Positions 25,739-39,644 of a stretch of DNA of 64,000 nucleotides are shown piece after piece. The notes below the pieces were generated by a model, which was given only the letters and a program-made list of their open reading frames with translations, did no database searches and was not told the DNA's origin. The first letter of the stretch is position 1; each line of letters begins with the position of its first letter. Origin of the DNA: Phoronis australis (Eukaryota > Animalia > Phoronida); contig NMRA01000036.1 in NCBI GenBank assembly GCA_002633005.1, forward strand, positions 726,440-790,439. Direction: 5' to 3'. Made by a program: the position numbers and the translations under genes.

Positions 25739-28700
25739 TCAACAGCTTGTATCCTGACCTAATGTTGCTCTGGTGTCAATTACAGCTGGACAGTGTGAAC
25801 ATAACCAACTATTATGCAGTGGTGTACGTGCTGTTCAGTGATATTTTGTGCTGCTGCTCTATCTCATTTATATAATGACTATAACTTTGTTCATCAATAT
25901 GTTCAATACTGACTTGTAATTATTAAAGTAATGAGTGTTTAGTAGCTTATAATGAGGATAGCATTAACAGGTTATGAGCTACCTTTTTTACCAATGATCA
26001 ACTTTCAAAGTATTATTGGTATACCTGTGAAAGTTTGTTTATCTTAAATCCGTGACCATCACAGGATCTTATTAAAATGTTAAGCTGTTCGTAATCATGT
26101 GACTGCATTTTTTAAAATTGTTTTCCATGAAGATGGCCGTAATTTCCGGAAACGTAACTTTTAGTGTCTAACTTGCAAAGGTTGTTTCTTTATTCTACTA
26201 CTTACTTAACTATGTCCAGGGTTTTCTATTAAATCCTTGTAGCCCTAGAACTCCACTATCGAAAAGGAAGAGTTCGTCATACCTTTAAAAAGTAGAAGTC
26301 TTTTTTTTTGGCTGCAAATCTGTCTGATGAAATGGCTTTAGAAGAAAACTTCAGACACTCTTTTGAAGCTAGTGGACCCCAAAGTAATAAAATTTGAAAG
26401 TTTTATGGTTCATGTGAATTAAATCATGCTTTTGGAATTTTTTTTTGCAATCTTGAAAAATCAGTTTTTTTATTAGAAAAGATGAAATTATGTGATTACA
26501 AGCATCTAGGCATGGCTTTCATGCCCATAATATACTTCTGCGATCGCGAGAGGATTTGAAAGCAGAAAACTTGGTGAGTCTACTTTTAATACATAAAAAG
26601 TTATTTAAAAAAATTTAATCTTTGGTAACAAAGGTAGGTCACCAGGTTTTGCCGTCATCCTGCATAGACTATTGTTAAAGCATTTCTGAGCTGGTGAAGG
26701 CATCATTGTGTTATCTGAGAGTAAATCGGCCAATACATTGTGTTCTAACAGACATGTGACGTGGTAGTCATTCAATATCGTTGAAAGGTGTGTGTTGGGT
26801 ATATGATAGCGGAGATTCCTCTGCACGTGGGATAACCTATTTATTCCATACCTTCCAACTAATTTGCATCGCGGATATATCTTGTTGCCATGTGCTTTGG
26901 CTTGTTGTTATATGATGTCAAGTTGGGACATTTCCAAATGAATTTTCAATAAGATATGGCTGTAGCATTCCTTTGTATGTGGGACAATCTATATTTATCT
27001 CCCAGAGGAGGTGACAACCTCTCAAGTCCCGTCTACGCAGTGCCTACTGTAGAACAACTTGCACTAGTGCAACTTATCCCACTTTTAAGTGGAGTGTTCA
27101 CACGAACATATCCCATTACTGGGGAAAGGCGGAAGTTGGCGCTTAGTGCGTGACAATGAACTCCTAATGCGAATATGGGTTGTAAACAAAAACCCGTCTG
27201 GATGTAACCACAGCTGATAATTACTTGCGCCTTCCCCGAGGTTTGAGGCCAGACAGGAATTAGAAGTGGCGCAAGTTACCCTGTACCCTACCTCGATAAG
27301 GCGGGGTAAGTTGTCTCATGTGTGGTAAGTTGCACTAGTTTACATAGCATCCACACAGCCTCCAAACCTAGCGACATCTTATTTCAGGAGTAACTTGTTC
27401 TAGGGTAAGTTTTTGTGTGGACTGCAAAACAGGGGTTTGCATCCTTTTGGAAAAAATTGAAAGGCTGGAAATTAACATGAAGATCAAAATCATGTTTTTA
27501 TTGGTCCCTCTGTATTTCTTGGTGTTTTGAAAATGTATGTTGCTGTAATAATGACCTTAGGCCACACGGGGGAGCACTGCTGACGTGAAGTCCGGAGTAA
27601 AAGTTCCGTCATCTATGCTGATTTGTGCAAAATTTGCACTTAAAGCGGATGGGTCACTTGAGAGAGTTTTAAGACTAGATGCAGACAAAGAACAAGTGAA
27701 AAAATTAGACAAGTGTATCCTGAGAATTTTCCCTCCAATCTAGGAAAAGCAAATTTCTCACTTGTTTAGTATTGCCATCTGCCCCCCTCCTATAATATAA
27801 CTCAAGGTGTGAAAGTAGACTTGCCCAACTGACATTTCACCCAGCACTGTTTGGGGGTTACACATGACTGACCCATCACTCAGTTGAGGCTGCTGGCTAA
27901 GCTCTAGGTTCTTTTGCTTTTGTCTTATAAGAATTAGACTTAGTCTGCACAATGGCTAACAATGAATTTCCAATGGTACCTGAACGGTGGTGTGTCGCTT
28001 TGGTCAAGTAAACTGAGTTGACATGTTGTGGTGATGTTCAGATGTTCAAATGAGTGTTTGGACTGTGCTCAGTCCATATGTTGTAGCAAGGTCATGTTAA
28101 GATGTTGCAATTTGCACTGCACTGTTGCCCTCTAGCCTTCACATAGACACAGTTGTACATTAAAAGGATACCAAACCTGGATTTGACCTATGAACAGGTA
28201 CTAAAAACGACTTTCCCATCCAGTGCACTGAAACAAAATAATGGTCTGTAACCTTGACAACTTTCAAAAGTTTGGAGCAAAATTCAAATATTCCCTTCAA
28301 AGTCTGCTGGACCCAAACTTTAGGCACACAATTGTAGGGAAAGACCATCCACCAAGAGCCATAGTACACAATCTGTGTTACAGAGGGTGTGAGTTTTTAG
28401 TTGACTGTTGTTTTTGTCGTTCAAGTGGATGCCAATAGTGCCTTAGCATGTGGCAGATGGCAAGGTTGGTTGAAATCACAAAACAGGTTTCGTATCCTTT
28501 TAAATACTGGTAAATATATTTTACTTACCATGAATGTTTTATTTGCATTTAAACATAAGTGTTTATGTGTAAAACCTTACTTCCAGAGCAAATTTACTTT
28601 TGGAGGAGTTGCAAAAAGTAAGGCTTATAAATAAGTAAACACTGAGTATGTCAAGGCAGAATTGATTTACTCAGTTGTAAGCATGGACTTGCGTTATAGA

Positions 28701-30364
28701 CATGTCGTGTAAAGCTGTGGTGTTAATCACAGTGCCCTGCACCGTACACAGGGCAGAGTATAAAAGATGAGTACAGTTTATTTCAAAAGGCCCTGTCGAG
28801 AATACTTTGTATTCTGAATGGTGTCATATAACTGCCTTTGGTCAGTTAAGCAAAATGTTTATCAAACGAAGGTCATGGAAGAGAGTGGACGATGATGACG
28901 TGTTTGCTGTCGCTTTGAAAAGAAAAAAAATATTTAAGGACTTTTGAAGGATCTGAAAAGCAACAGCGTTTTTTGTTGGGCAATCTGATTGGGCGAAGCA
29001 AGTATTGGTGACAGGCTGGGTGGGCGGGGCAAGTATTGGTGACAGGCTGGATGAAAAGAAGCTTTGCAGTACAAAAAAATTGTTATGAACTTGACTTGGA
29101 CATTTTGGGACTTCAATCAGTCTCTTCACCAGTTAAAACGTTTAGTATTCTCCGTTCATGCCAAATGCAAATGAATTTGGAGATGTTGGAGTTTTATCGT
29201 TGTAATGTACAGTGATATCTTGAGCACAGGCTCTGACCTCTGATCTTAGAGGACTCAGACTCCAGACCTAAAATCGCTGTGAATCATGTTTGGGTGAGAA
29301 TAACATCAACTGTCTTCACAGGCATAAAAATGAGTAGTTCATTCAATGGGCGTATTTTCACGCCTTGACATGAGATGGTAGCTCTTCGAGTGCACTGGCC
29401 CTGAGCAGGGTAATCGCGTTCTTGTCCTTAGTTTTGCATGGAAGTCGGTCCCCGCAAGTCGTCTGAAATCCCATAATGCCATAGTGAAACTAATCTGTCG
29501 TGATGACCTTGATCTGAAGTAAAAATGACTTGCCAAGCCTTCTCAAGCCTCGAAATTGTTCGTTATCTGAAGGAGATGAAACTGATTTTGTAATCAGTGA
29601 ATTAAATTAAAAGTGTCGTTTTGCACAAGGACTGGCTATATTGCCCGTTTAACCAATCATGCTGCATTGTTACAGTGAAAATTTTGTCTACACAGAGTGT
29701 GCCATTTACTAATTAAGTTTCGAGTATAGCGATTAGATCCCGGGACCTGAAGCCCTATGGTCGCGTAAACATGAGAGGTCTCTCTTGTCATGCTCAAATT
29801 TTCGTTCGTGATTCAATGATCACTTCTTCACAAAACTATATTAGATGCCATTCTAAAGACCCAATCAACAAGAGTATGTGCAAAGTTTCTTTTCTATCTT
29901 AAAGCAATCACCACGGTGAGTTCTGGCATGGAGAGTGGATGTTTTGGTTCTCATTAACACCTTGTAGTCGATGAATGTATTTTAAATTTACTTTACAAAA
30001 GTGCAAATTTTGGTGTAAGTTTCTCACGTCTACAAGTTTGTCCATGTCACTGGCCAGTGGTTCTGTACTCCAGCCCTCTAAGATGATGGTGAGTTGCCCC
30101 TACCTAGTTATATCTGGCTAGCTATGGTCAATCAGTGGTCCTGGTTAGTCAATGGACAAATGATTGTTCGTACTGTACTAAGTTCAGTCACCGTGACGTG
30201 ACTGGAATGGGGAATGGAGATGGGCGATGTAGTTAATGGATTGTTAGGAAAGTCATTGAGTATTAAAATTGTGCAAAATTATTGAAAGCGTATTTGCTTT
30301 AGCATGTATATTGTTTTACAAGGTAGATAATAAAAGTCATATATTGTACCTATCGTTGTTTTTG

Positions 30365-30401
30365 GTGATGATGATGATGATGATGATAATGATGGTGATG
30401 T
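30365..30401. repeat. (GAT)n microsatellite
   Basis: ggtgatgatgatgatgatgatgataatgatggtgatg. Confidence 0.85.
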
Positions 30402-31917
30402 CATTGTTTGTGGAATGAGCAAATAGGCTGGACTATTCGGCAAATCATTTCACGTTGCTAGTAGTGGGTGCTCATAGCTCGTTTAAAGTTACCTGGTGGG
30501 GAATAGGTCGTATTTGCGCAGATGCAATGCTGTAATGAGAAAATATTAAAACTAACGAAATTTGGTTTTTGGCCCTGTATAGGATCGTATTGTATTAGCA
30601 CTTTCCTTACCTGAAGAAAGATGTCATGTCATGCATTGGCAAAATTCAATAGTGTTGGACTCGGTTTGACTTATGTGCGTCTAAATTGTACGAAATTGTT
30701 GATTACCAAACCTGTGTACAATTTGCGGCAGTCACATTCTCTGCGTGTGCTGTAAGTGCTGTAAGACCACAGATCACATGGCTAGTGTGGTTCAACGAAA
30801 TTCACTTGTCTATGAAAAAAATGCATAACAGACAGCATACCCTATAGGGTTTCTCAAGTATTAAAAAATCCAACGGCAGCAACAAGAAAGCCACATCTTT
30901 GCCTTGCTATGTTAATATTTATCTTGTCAGTCAGCTGTTTGTCGAATGACTGTGAGCGCATGCGCTCATTTATCATAAGTGGGAGGGAGTTTGATAACTC
31001 TTTGGTGACTACAGAATTTTTCATTCCCGCGTATTTCAAAAATCGTAATTTTGTGATCTTTTCTGGAAATTTCCTCTTAGGGCAAAGTTGATAACACTGT
31101 AGTAGACGTTGCGATATGGTATTTCGTCAGGAATTCTTTAAAAGATATTTTTCACGAACTTTCACATTCCACGCCTCTTCAATAAATAATATTCACATTC
31201 AAGATCCATATGAACTGGTCACATATATTGGAATCACGCGATACATTACTTAATAGTGCAGATTCTCTTTCAATCAAGAACAACATTATTTTTAACAAAG
31301 GCCTACAATAAGATTACGCATTGTCTTGGTCAGCAATCCCCGAGTGACGGGGGTCCGTCCACATTGGCACGTACGTATAATCGTCAATTAGAGTTCGTTG
31401 GGTTTCTAAAAGAATATCAGCGAAGATGAAACTTTGCAGTTGTGTTCTGCTACAAAGGCCAAAATATTGGGTTTTGCGGCTGATCGGAGTATTTATGTTT
31501 TGTTTCCGACCCATTGTTATCCGACCATAGAAGTTGTGACTTCGGTCCCTCCTGACGATCTAATGGCGCTGGTCTCCACCCATGTTGTTTACTATAATGT
31601 GGCTCGCTGTTCAATGAGCAGATAAGATTTGTTTTTAGAGATCATATTAAACACGTGAAACGAAAACCCAATGTATTCAGAATTATCACAAACTCATTCT
31701 TCGCGAGAACCACGTATTCTCAAGTTTGAACCGCAATATACACCACTGAGTGTATCTAATAGCAAATATATATTTTAACACTAGCTCAATGGGAAAAATG
31801 CCAATGATTTTTACTATGGATCATTAAAACTTTCCCTGATGTAGGATTGTACCAGAAACAAAAGATAAAACATTGACTTCATGAATATGCATACCTGACA
31901 GGTTGGAAAATATTTTC

Positions 31918-32215
31918 AATTCTAAAAACCCAAGAGTTGCCAAAGTGTGAAAAATAAGGGATCATAATAATGAAACCCTGCAGATACTAATTGGCTGATC
32001 AATCAACTAATTATAATGTCAGTTAATGTATGGTGTAATCATAACATAGAAAGGAAATGAACCAGAGAGGTTATTTAAATGACTAATTAAACCAGCAAGG
32101 AAATAGTTTCAATGATTCAAATGATTGCTAGAGGATAAAAGCAAAGATTTTACAATATGGAACCCTCATGGTTGCCGTGAAGAATTTCGTCGGGCATTCA
32201 TCCAAAACAAGGTGT
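31918..32215 (+). repeat. Dispersed repeat; related copy at ~52350-52570
   Basis: ttctaaaaac..caagag..aaggaaatgaacc.gagaggttat..aatgacta..tttcaatgattcaaa is shared. Confidence 0.65.
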
Positions 32216-32458
32216 TTCATCGAAAGAAGAACTTTGGTGAAAAAAGTATCCTGAAGTGGAAAAGTCACTACTGCACCTTCAAAACAACTAACTAATTCAA
32301 AAACACAAACCCCGACTTTTAAAACAGTAACTCGTGGTATCGGACTGGATATCCGGGGACCAAAACACCACTCCCGCACGTTCTGTCGAACATTGCTTGA
32401 TGAAAAGTAAATCTCCCTACTTTAAACAGTTGTTGTGATATGTTATTTTACTCTGAGA

Positions 32459-34670
32459 ATTTTAGGCAATTTATGACGGATTGACGTACGAGCTGCTAAA
32501 GTTGGATCTTTTGCGTCGGCTTTAAGCGCCATGAAATATTGCGTCACCTATTCGGCAGTTCCTTTTTTTCCTCATTTTTCAATCAACTGTTCTTCTACAA
32601 GATTGCGTACATGTCACAGTAAATTAATCAACAATGGCACTCGAAAGTCAAAATAATATTTCAGTTTTAATTTTTGAAAATATTTTTGGAGAAACTATTG
32701 AATAATCTGAATTAAACCAAATATTCACCAAGATAAAGTGTTGAGAGAATACATTATGTTGAAATTCGCTCACAGACAAGTTCATGGGCAGTGCAGCACT
32801 GAAATATGTGGGGGCTAAACCCAACCCCGCCATCCCCCTATGGTGATCCACTCATGAAGTTGCACCAGTTTTACAGATCAAAAAATCAAAATAGAATGTC
32901 TTGCAAAAACGAACAAAATTTAACATATAACAAATTACAGATGTATTTTGGAACATGCAAACATTCACCACAAATACGCCTTGGAACGTATTTTGGGTAG
33001 GCCAAGTTTCAAAAATTCTCTGCACTGGCAAACTGAGTTCAGCTAAAAGTACACAAAATTGTGCATTCCCATTCAAGCATGACCAAGATTATTGATTCAA
33101 GCTTTTTGGGCCTAATCCTATTGAAGGTTCCGCTTTTAACTTGCTCACATTGTGGTAGATGTCTTAGTGTTTTTGAGTATACTATACAAGCAACGTCACG
33201 TGCAAGCAGGTCATGGATTAAAAGAAAGGGAGTTCGCTAGGTGGTACAGTTCACTCACAGGTAGTAGTAAGCTTGAATTTTTTTACTGACTTGCAATGGT
33301 TATCAAGAGAAAAGGTTTTCCGTGATTGGAATTCAGTGTTGAGACAGGCAATTTGCCCACCATCATCGCCGGCCCACCATTATCACTGGCCCACTACCAT
33401 GGCCGGCCCACCATTATCAATGGCCCACTACCATGGCCGGCCCACCATTATCAATGGCCCACTACCATGGCCGGCCCACCATTATCAATGGCCCACTACC
33501 ATGGCCGGCCCACCATTATCACTGGCCCACTACCATGGCCGGCCCACCATTATCACTGGCCCACTACCATGGCCGGCCCACCATTATCAATGGCCCACTA
33601 CCATGGCCGGCCCACCATTATCACTGGCCCACTACCATGGCCGGCCCACCATTATCACTGGCCCACTACCATGGCCNATTTTAGGCAATTAATGACGGAT
33701 TGACGTACGAGCTGCTAAAGTTGGATCTTTTGCGTCGGCTTTAAGCGCCATGAAATATTGCGTCACCTATTCGGCAGTTCCTTTTTTTCCCAATTTTTCA
33801 ATCAACTGTTCTTCTACAAGGTTGCGTACATGTCACAGCAAATTAATCAACAATGGCACTCGAAAGTCAAATTAATATTTTAGTTTTAATGTTTGAAAAT
33901 ATTTTTGGAGAAACTATTGAATAATCTGAATTAAACTAAATATTCACCAAGATAAAGTGTTGAGAGAATACATTATGTTGAAATTCGCTCACAGACTAGT
34001 TCATGGGCAGTGCAGCACTGAAATATGTGGGGGCTAAAGCCAACCACGCCAGCCCCCTATGGTGCTTCGCTCATGAAGTTGCACCAGTTTTACAGTTAAA
34101 AATCAAAATAGAATGTCTTGCCAAAACAAACAAAATTTAACATATAACATATTACAAATGTATTTTAGAACAATCCATCAGATTTTCAAAACATGCAAAC
34201 AGTTACCACAAATACGCCTTGGAACGTATTTTTGGGTAGGCCAAGTTTCAGAAATTCTCTTCAGCTAAAAGTACACAAAATTGTGCATTCCTATTCAAGC
34301 ATGACCAAGATTACTGATTCAAGCTTTTTGGGCCTAATCCTATTGAAGGTTCCGTTTTTAACTTGCTCACATTGTGGTAGATGTCTTAGTGTTTTTGAGT
34401 ATACTACACAAGCAACGTCACGTGCAAGCAGGTCATGGATTAAAAGAAAGGGAGTTTGCTAGGTGGTACAGTTCACTCACAGGTAGTAGTAAGCTTGAAT
34501 TTTTTTTACTGATGTGCAATGGTTATCAAGAGAAAAGGTTTTCCGTGATTGGAATTCAGTGTTGCGACAGGCAATTTGCCCACCATCATTGCCGGCCCAC
34601 CATTATCACTGGCCCACTACCATCGCCGGCCCACCATTATCACTGGCCCACTACCATGGCCGGCCCATCA
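32459..34670. repeat. ~1-kb direct duplication (32459-33676 vs 33678-34670) joined at an N
   Basis: Colinear high identity with small indels; each copy ends in the 34-bp array. Confidence 0.9.
33354..33676. repeat. 34-bp minisatellite, ~9 copies (about 3 in the duplicate at 34577-34670)
   Basis: Unit atggccggcccaccattatca(c/a)tggcccactacc. Confidence 0.95.
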
Positions 34671-34907
34671 CTAATGTTTACACATCCACGCTGTGAGAGG
34701 ATTAAGTAGTGCTTGAGAAAAAAAGACTATTTCCAAAAAGTTTTGTCGTGAGATCCTCCACACCAACAGAGTGCTCCACCTCTGGCATTAGCAACTTCCT
34801 CGATGACTTAATCATTGCACTATGACAGTGTCACAAAACAACACATTTGACGAGTTCTTGTGTCGCACACTGCATCCTTCTCATGACCATCATAGTGCCA
34901 CATACAA

Positions 34908-35006
34908 TCACATCCTCCTCATGGCCATCATCGTGTTTATGTCCCAAATTACAGTCCGTATCTGATCAATTATATCTTTTAGTTGTATATTCTTGGCTTG
35001 AAGTTG
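34908..35006 (-). CDS. MED30: MED30 last coding exon
   Basis: QLQAKNIQLKDIIDQIRTVIWDINTMMAMRRM* matches the MED30 C-terminus KNQQLKQIMDQLRNLIWDINAMLAMRN. Confidence 0.94.
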   Translation of the reverse strand, partial: QLQAKNIQLKDIIDQIRTVIWDINTMMAMRRM

Positions 35007-35379
35007 CTGAAACATAAAACATTGTACAACATCTGAATGAACAACAGTCTCTGTTGTTAGAATCTGTAAAACAAAAAACAGAAGACTCCAGAGGCAGATG
35101 TGAAATACATGCATCGTTACTAATTAGTCGTGAAAGAAAATATATGATGTCCTTCAATTTTCCTTTTTATGGCAGTCACTGTTTTAATTTCAATGGTGGC
35201 CAAGACACACAAGCACTGCTGAAGGATTATATTACACTGAACAGGCCACCATTAACAAAATGTCTTTTCACAAGCACTTCATGCATTGGGGAATGTATTC
35301 CTTCCAGAGCAGTCCACCAAGTTACTGCCGGAGAGCTTCAACTTTTCAAAGAAGATGAATTTCGTGGAAACAGACACCA

Positions 35380-37246
35380 TGAAATTGATTCGACATGGAA
35401 TACCATGAACGAAAGATTCCAGGTATCTATCTGTTTAAAAAAATGGCCATTAGATGGCACAAAATACAGTGAAACTATCCAAAAATGGGAAGGTGTCGTA
35501 TCTCAAAACCATTTACCAAATTTCATGAAAACCCATCAAAGAACTCCAAAGATACAAAGTCAAACATAAAAAACTGCCTTTGGGAATCACAGCAATAGTC
35601 TAATTCGTTCATCTGTTGCCAAGTTAATAGAAATACAACATCAAAATTTCAAAATCTTCTTTCAAGGGTTTAAGGAGATCGTAGATGAGAAAAAATGTCA
35701 CCAGGGGGCACCAGAGTAGGTGGACCTAGTTGAAAACCCATGTCAGCCATGCTCTTGTCAGTGGGAACACATCTGCCAATTTCATTTATGATCCTTTGCA
35801 TAGTTCGGCAGATACAGGAGCAGACAACAAAAAACAGACCAAAAATAATTAAAATGGCCACTAGTTGGTGTAGAATGCATCGAATCCATCACAAAAAGGA
35901 AGGTGCAGCTGTTGTCTTCATAACAAAACTTGTTTTCAAATTTTCATGAAAAAAGTTTAAAAGAACACTGAAGTTATTGAAGAAAATGTAAAAAATAGGG
36001 AGCACAGCTGTAGTTGGATTGATCTGAAAGTTGACATCTGTTGTCATTTCCATGGAAACACATCTGCTAAATTTCACACGAAAAAAATAAATTTCCACTG
36101 AGGTATGCTACAGTAGTCGAACACGTCTAGAAATCAATGGCAGCATCAGTATTCTCATTAGGAACACACCTCTTTGTTTTAATAATCATTCTTCAAGTGG
36201 TTTGGTGGATGGAGGGAGTGAGATTCTATAAATTATTAAAATGGCGAGGTACGAAAATGAAACCAGTTTGCAAAAATTTGTGTTAATCAAAACAGCCACT
36301 ATACATCGAATCTATCCAAAAACGGGAACCTGTCACCGTATCTAAATTAATACAAACCTATTTATTAAATTTCATAAAATTCTGTTAAGGAGTTTCAAAG
36401 ATACATAGGAGAACAGAAAAAAATAAAATTGCCACTAGTGGGGAACAGTGGTAATCGAATTTATCCAAATATCGTCGTTGTCTACTATCAACTTCATATA
36501 TTAAATACACCTGCCAAAATTTATAAAGATCCTGCAGAGTGTTTGGGATATACTGCCACAGACACAAAAAATATTGCTAAGAGGTGCCACAGTAATCTGA
36601 GAAGTCCAAAAATCATCAGCTGCCCTCTTCGTAGTAGAAACGTAAAAACCAATTTTCAAAATCATCCTTAAAGCGGTTTGGTTGATAGAGGGGCGGATGA
36701 CAAAACAAGACAAGAAAACAGTAAAAAATGGCTGCTAGATGGCGCAAAATACGTTGAATCCATCGGAAAAATGGGAACGTCACTGTTTCTTTAATAGAAA
36801 GCCATTTGCCAAATTTCCTAAATACCTGACAAGGAATTTCAAAGAAACAGAGGAAAACGGAAAAAAATTAAATTATTACTACTGAGGGGGCACAGTGTCC
36901 GTTGAATCCATAGGAAAATCGTCATCGTCCATTGTCAACTTCATATGAATAAAAAACCAAGATCCTGAAGAGGGATTAGGAGATACAGCCATGGGCACAA
37001 AAAACTGCCACTAGAAGGCGACACAGTAGTCGAATTTGAGGACCTTTGTAGCTACAGAGGTGAACGTAAAAACTAAACTTGCCACTAGGGAGCACACTGG
37101 TAGTCAGATACATCCGAAAATTCGTTCAAGCCATCCCATCCATGAAAGGAGCATTTGTGCAAAATGTCATTAGCATATCAGGTCAAAGGGTTTTAAAGAT
37201 AGAGCAGCAGATGATGGCTTATAAATATGTGGGCGCATATCAATAA
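35380..37246 (-). mobile_element. Same HINE-like family, reverse orientation, in the MED30 last intron
   Basis: Reverse complement of ~37195-37246 matches the 5' end at 21472; repeated GCCACTAG-type units. Confidence 0.68.
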
Positions 37247-37864
37247 AAGAGAAATATTATCTACTATATAATAATAAATGTGAAATAATTAATCCACTAT
37301 AATTATAGTAAAAATATGAAAAATTAATATAAATTCAATGCATGTTTGCAAGATATGTATGTGAACTAACTAAACTGCCAAAAAGTTCCGAAATTGATGT
37401 TCAATTACCTCATTTTCTTACTGGGTTAAATTGCCTGAAAATTGTTGATGAACTTTAATTCACATGAACCATGAAGTGGTCACTGATGATAATGACACTG
37501 GTTCCACACTAAGATACGATTGTCCCGACTTCATCAAAGACGGGGAAACTCAGGCCTTGCTCATGGCATGCTCACGGCTTGTTTATGCTCCACTCACAGT
37601 GAGTTCCACGTACAGTCACACTTATGGTCTAGCCAGTTGTCGATTAACGCCTGACTGTCCGGTTTGTCTATGGTTATATTCTCGTCTAGTCTGACCAGAG
37701 GTAGACTGAATGAAGTCCAAAAATTCAGTGGCTGTACTGTACGAACCGACAAAGTAATACACTTCAAAGTAAAGTGCTTCTTCAACAAGAACAGTTTCTC
37801 AATCAATGTGCTGAATTGGTTATTCAACGAGACCTCAAGGAAAGTCAATAACTATATAATGTAC

Positions 37865-37960
37865 CTGTACTAATTGTCTGCGCTCCTCAGATGAATACTT
37901 TGCCTTTTCACTAACACTGATACCATCGCCGTTGGCATTCTTCTTAGGTGGAATAAAATT
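37865..37960 (-). CDS. MED30: MED30 coding exon 3
   Basis: NFIPPKKNANGDGISVSEKAKYSSEERRQLVQ is similar to MED30 LIP...ASEERREI; tttgtag / CAG|gtacat. Confidence 0.88.
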
Positions 37961-38179
37961 CTACAAAACATTTAACTGTAACTTATCACAGACTAGACAA
38001 ACTGTGGTACGAAAGTGCCACTAAATGCTAATGGAATAGCCATAAATATGCAGTCATTTTAACATATTTCGGCCAGCTCGCCATATTGGATGTAATATAA
38101 TGTGTATTTTGTGCCTTCTGAGATGACTTTTATGAAGAATAATGTATTAAACAAAAGTCACTTCTTAATGTTCAGCCTT

Positions 38180-38705
38180 TCATTACTAGGAAGAATACAA
38201 AAATGATTGGAATACCTCAACTATATCATGCACCAGCTCTTTATTAGGAGCAATACAAGAATGCCTGGAATATCTCAATTTGATTATGCAGCAGCTATTT
38301 ATTAGAAACATCACAAGAATGGTTGGAATATCTCAACTTGATCATGCACCAGCTATTTATCAGAAACAGGAATGGCTGAAATTCGATCATGCACCAGACC
38401 TTTATTGGGAACAATACAAGTATGGCTGTAATATCTCAATTTGATCAGGCACTAGCCATTTATTAGGAAAAATACAAGAATGGTTGGAATATCTCAAACT
38501 GATCCTGCACAAGCCATTTATTAAGAACAATTATACAAGAATGGCTGAAATATCTAAATTCGATCAATGCAGCAGCACTTCATTAAGAACAATACGAGAA
38601 CGGCTGGGATATCTCAGTTTGATCATGCTCCAGCCCTTTATTAGGAAAAATACAAGAACGGCTGGGAATACCTCAACTTGCACATGCTCTAGTCCCTTAC
38701 TAGCC
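38180..38705. repeat. ~60-bp degenerate tandem repeat (~9 units) spanning a MED30 exon end and donor
   Basis: Unit aatacaagaatggctggaatatctcaacttgatcatgcaccagccctttattagga. Confidence 0.85.
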
Positions 38706-38830
38706 TCCATCACTCGCTGATAACAGGCTTGCAGTTGTTGAAAGTAGAACTGTATCGTCTTCACACAGAGGCTCAGTTTGTTCTTTTTGTCACTATAGCT
38801 GGCTGGAGTCACAGAAACACCATTTGGCAA
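38672..38830 (-). CDS. MED30: MED30 coding exon 2
   Basis: LPNGVSVTPASYSDKKNKL... matches MED30 LPNGV; ttgcag / GAG|gtattc. Confidence 0.9.
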
Positions 38831-39461
38831 CTGCAAACAGAAAAAATAATAACTTTTGGAAGTGAAAATGCAAGGTGAGTAGTCCTGTACATTCCTCAAT
38901 TTCCTCCATCTCATTCCGTGCGTCTCTGTGGATGGGCATGAGCTATCTTACAACATCTCTTGTGGTGCTTTTTATAACCCATCTTACCAGACGAGACATC
39001 ATTATATTTTACTTACATTTATTTTGTATTCTCTATCTGTTCCTTGTAAACTGTATTTCATCATAATAAATGGCCTTATATCACCTACCTCGGTCTCCGT
39101 TTCATCTCTGGTAACAAGTTTTCGATGCATGTATCCTTTACATTTATTCCGGACAAATTTCGAGCATAAATAAAGTAAATTAACTTTTCAATGACAGAGG
39201 GGAAATTTTACTCATTAGTAAATTTGGTCATTGAAAAAAAATTTTGACAAAATGGCCTGCAACAGCAATTCTATGATAAATGTTCTAATGGAAACCAGGT
39301 GTTAGTGTTCCACTTAACTCAAGAATTTGCAGAAATTGACTTTGACTGTCAACTTAGGTTTGATTGGTTCATTTTATTAGGCTACGTACACGCATTATAT
39401 ATGAATTAATTACTGTCAGTAATCATGAGACAAATAATCAGATGACTGCTGTGAAGGTTAC

Positions 39462-39644
39462 CTGCGTCTGTTTGAGTAACATAAAGATGTCTTGACATCT
39501 CTGCACCAGTTCATGTGTCATATCTTGGCCATGTTTACACTCTGTCACAGGGTTGACTTCTTTAGCAGGAGACTGCATCACAGGTGTAACAGATGGTCCT
39601 TTACTAATGCTCTCCCCAGAAGTATACAGTGCTCCAGTAGCCAT
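39462..39644 (-). CDS. MED30: Mediator subunit 30, first coding exon
   Basis: MATGALY...PAKEVNPVTECKHGQDMTHELVQRCQDIFMLLKQTQ is similar to MED30 AREVNTASLCRIGQETVQDIV..IFQLLRNMQ; donor CAG|gtaacc; acceptor 8 nt upstream of the ATG. Confidence 0.88.

Noticed and set aside
33273-33703. Overlapping His/Pro-rich ORFs
   Set aside because: Artefact of the stop-free 34-bp repeat
35054-35569. 171-aa ORF
   Set aside because: Antisense within a MED30 intron and runs into the HINE-like repeat; no domain recognised
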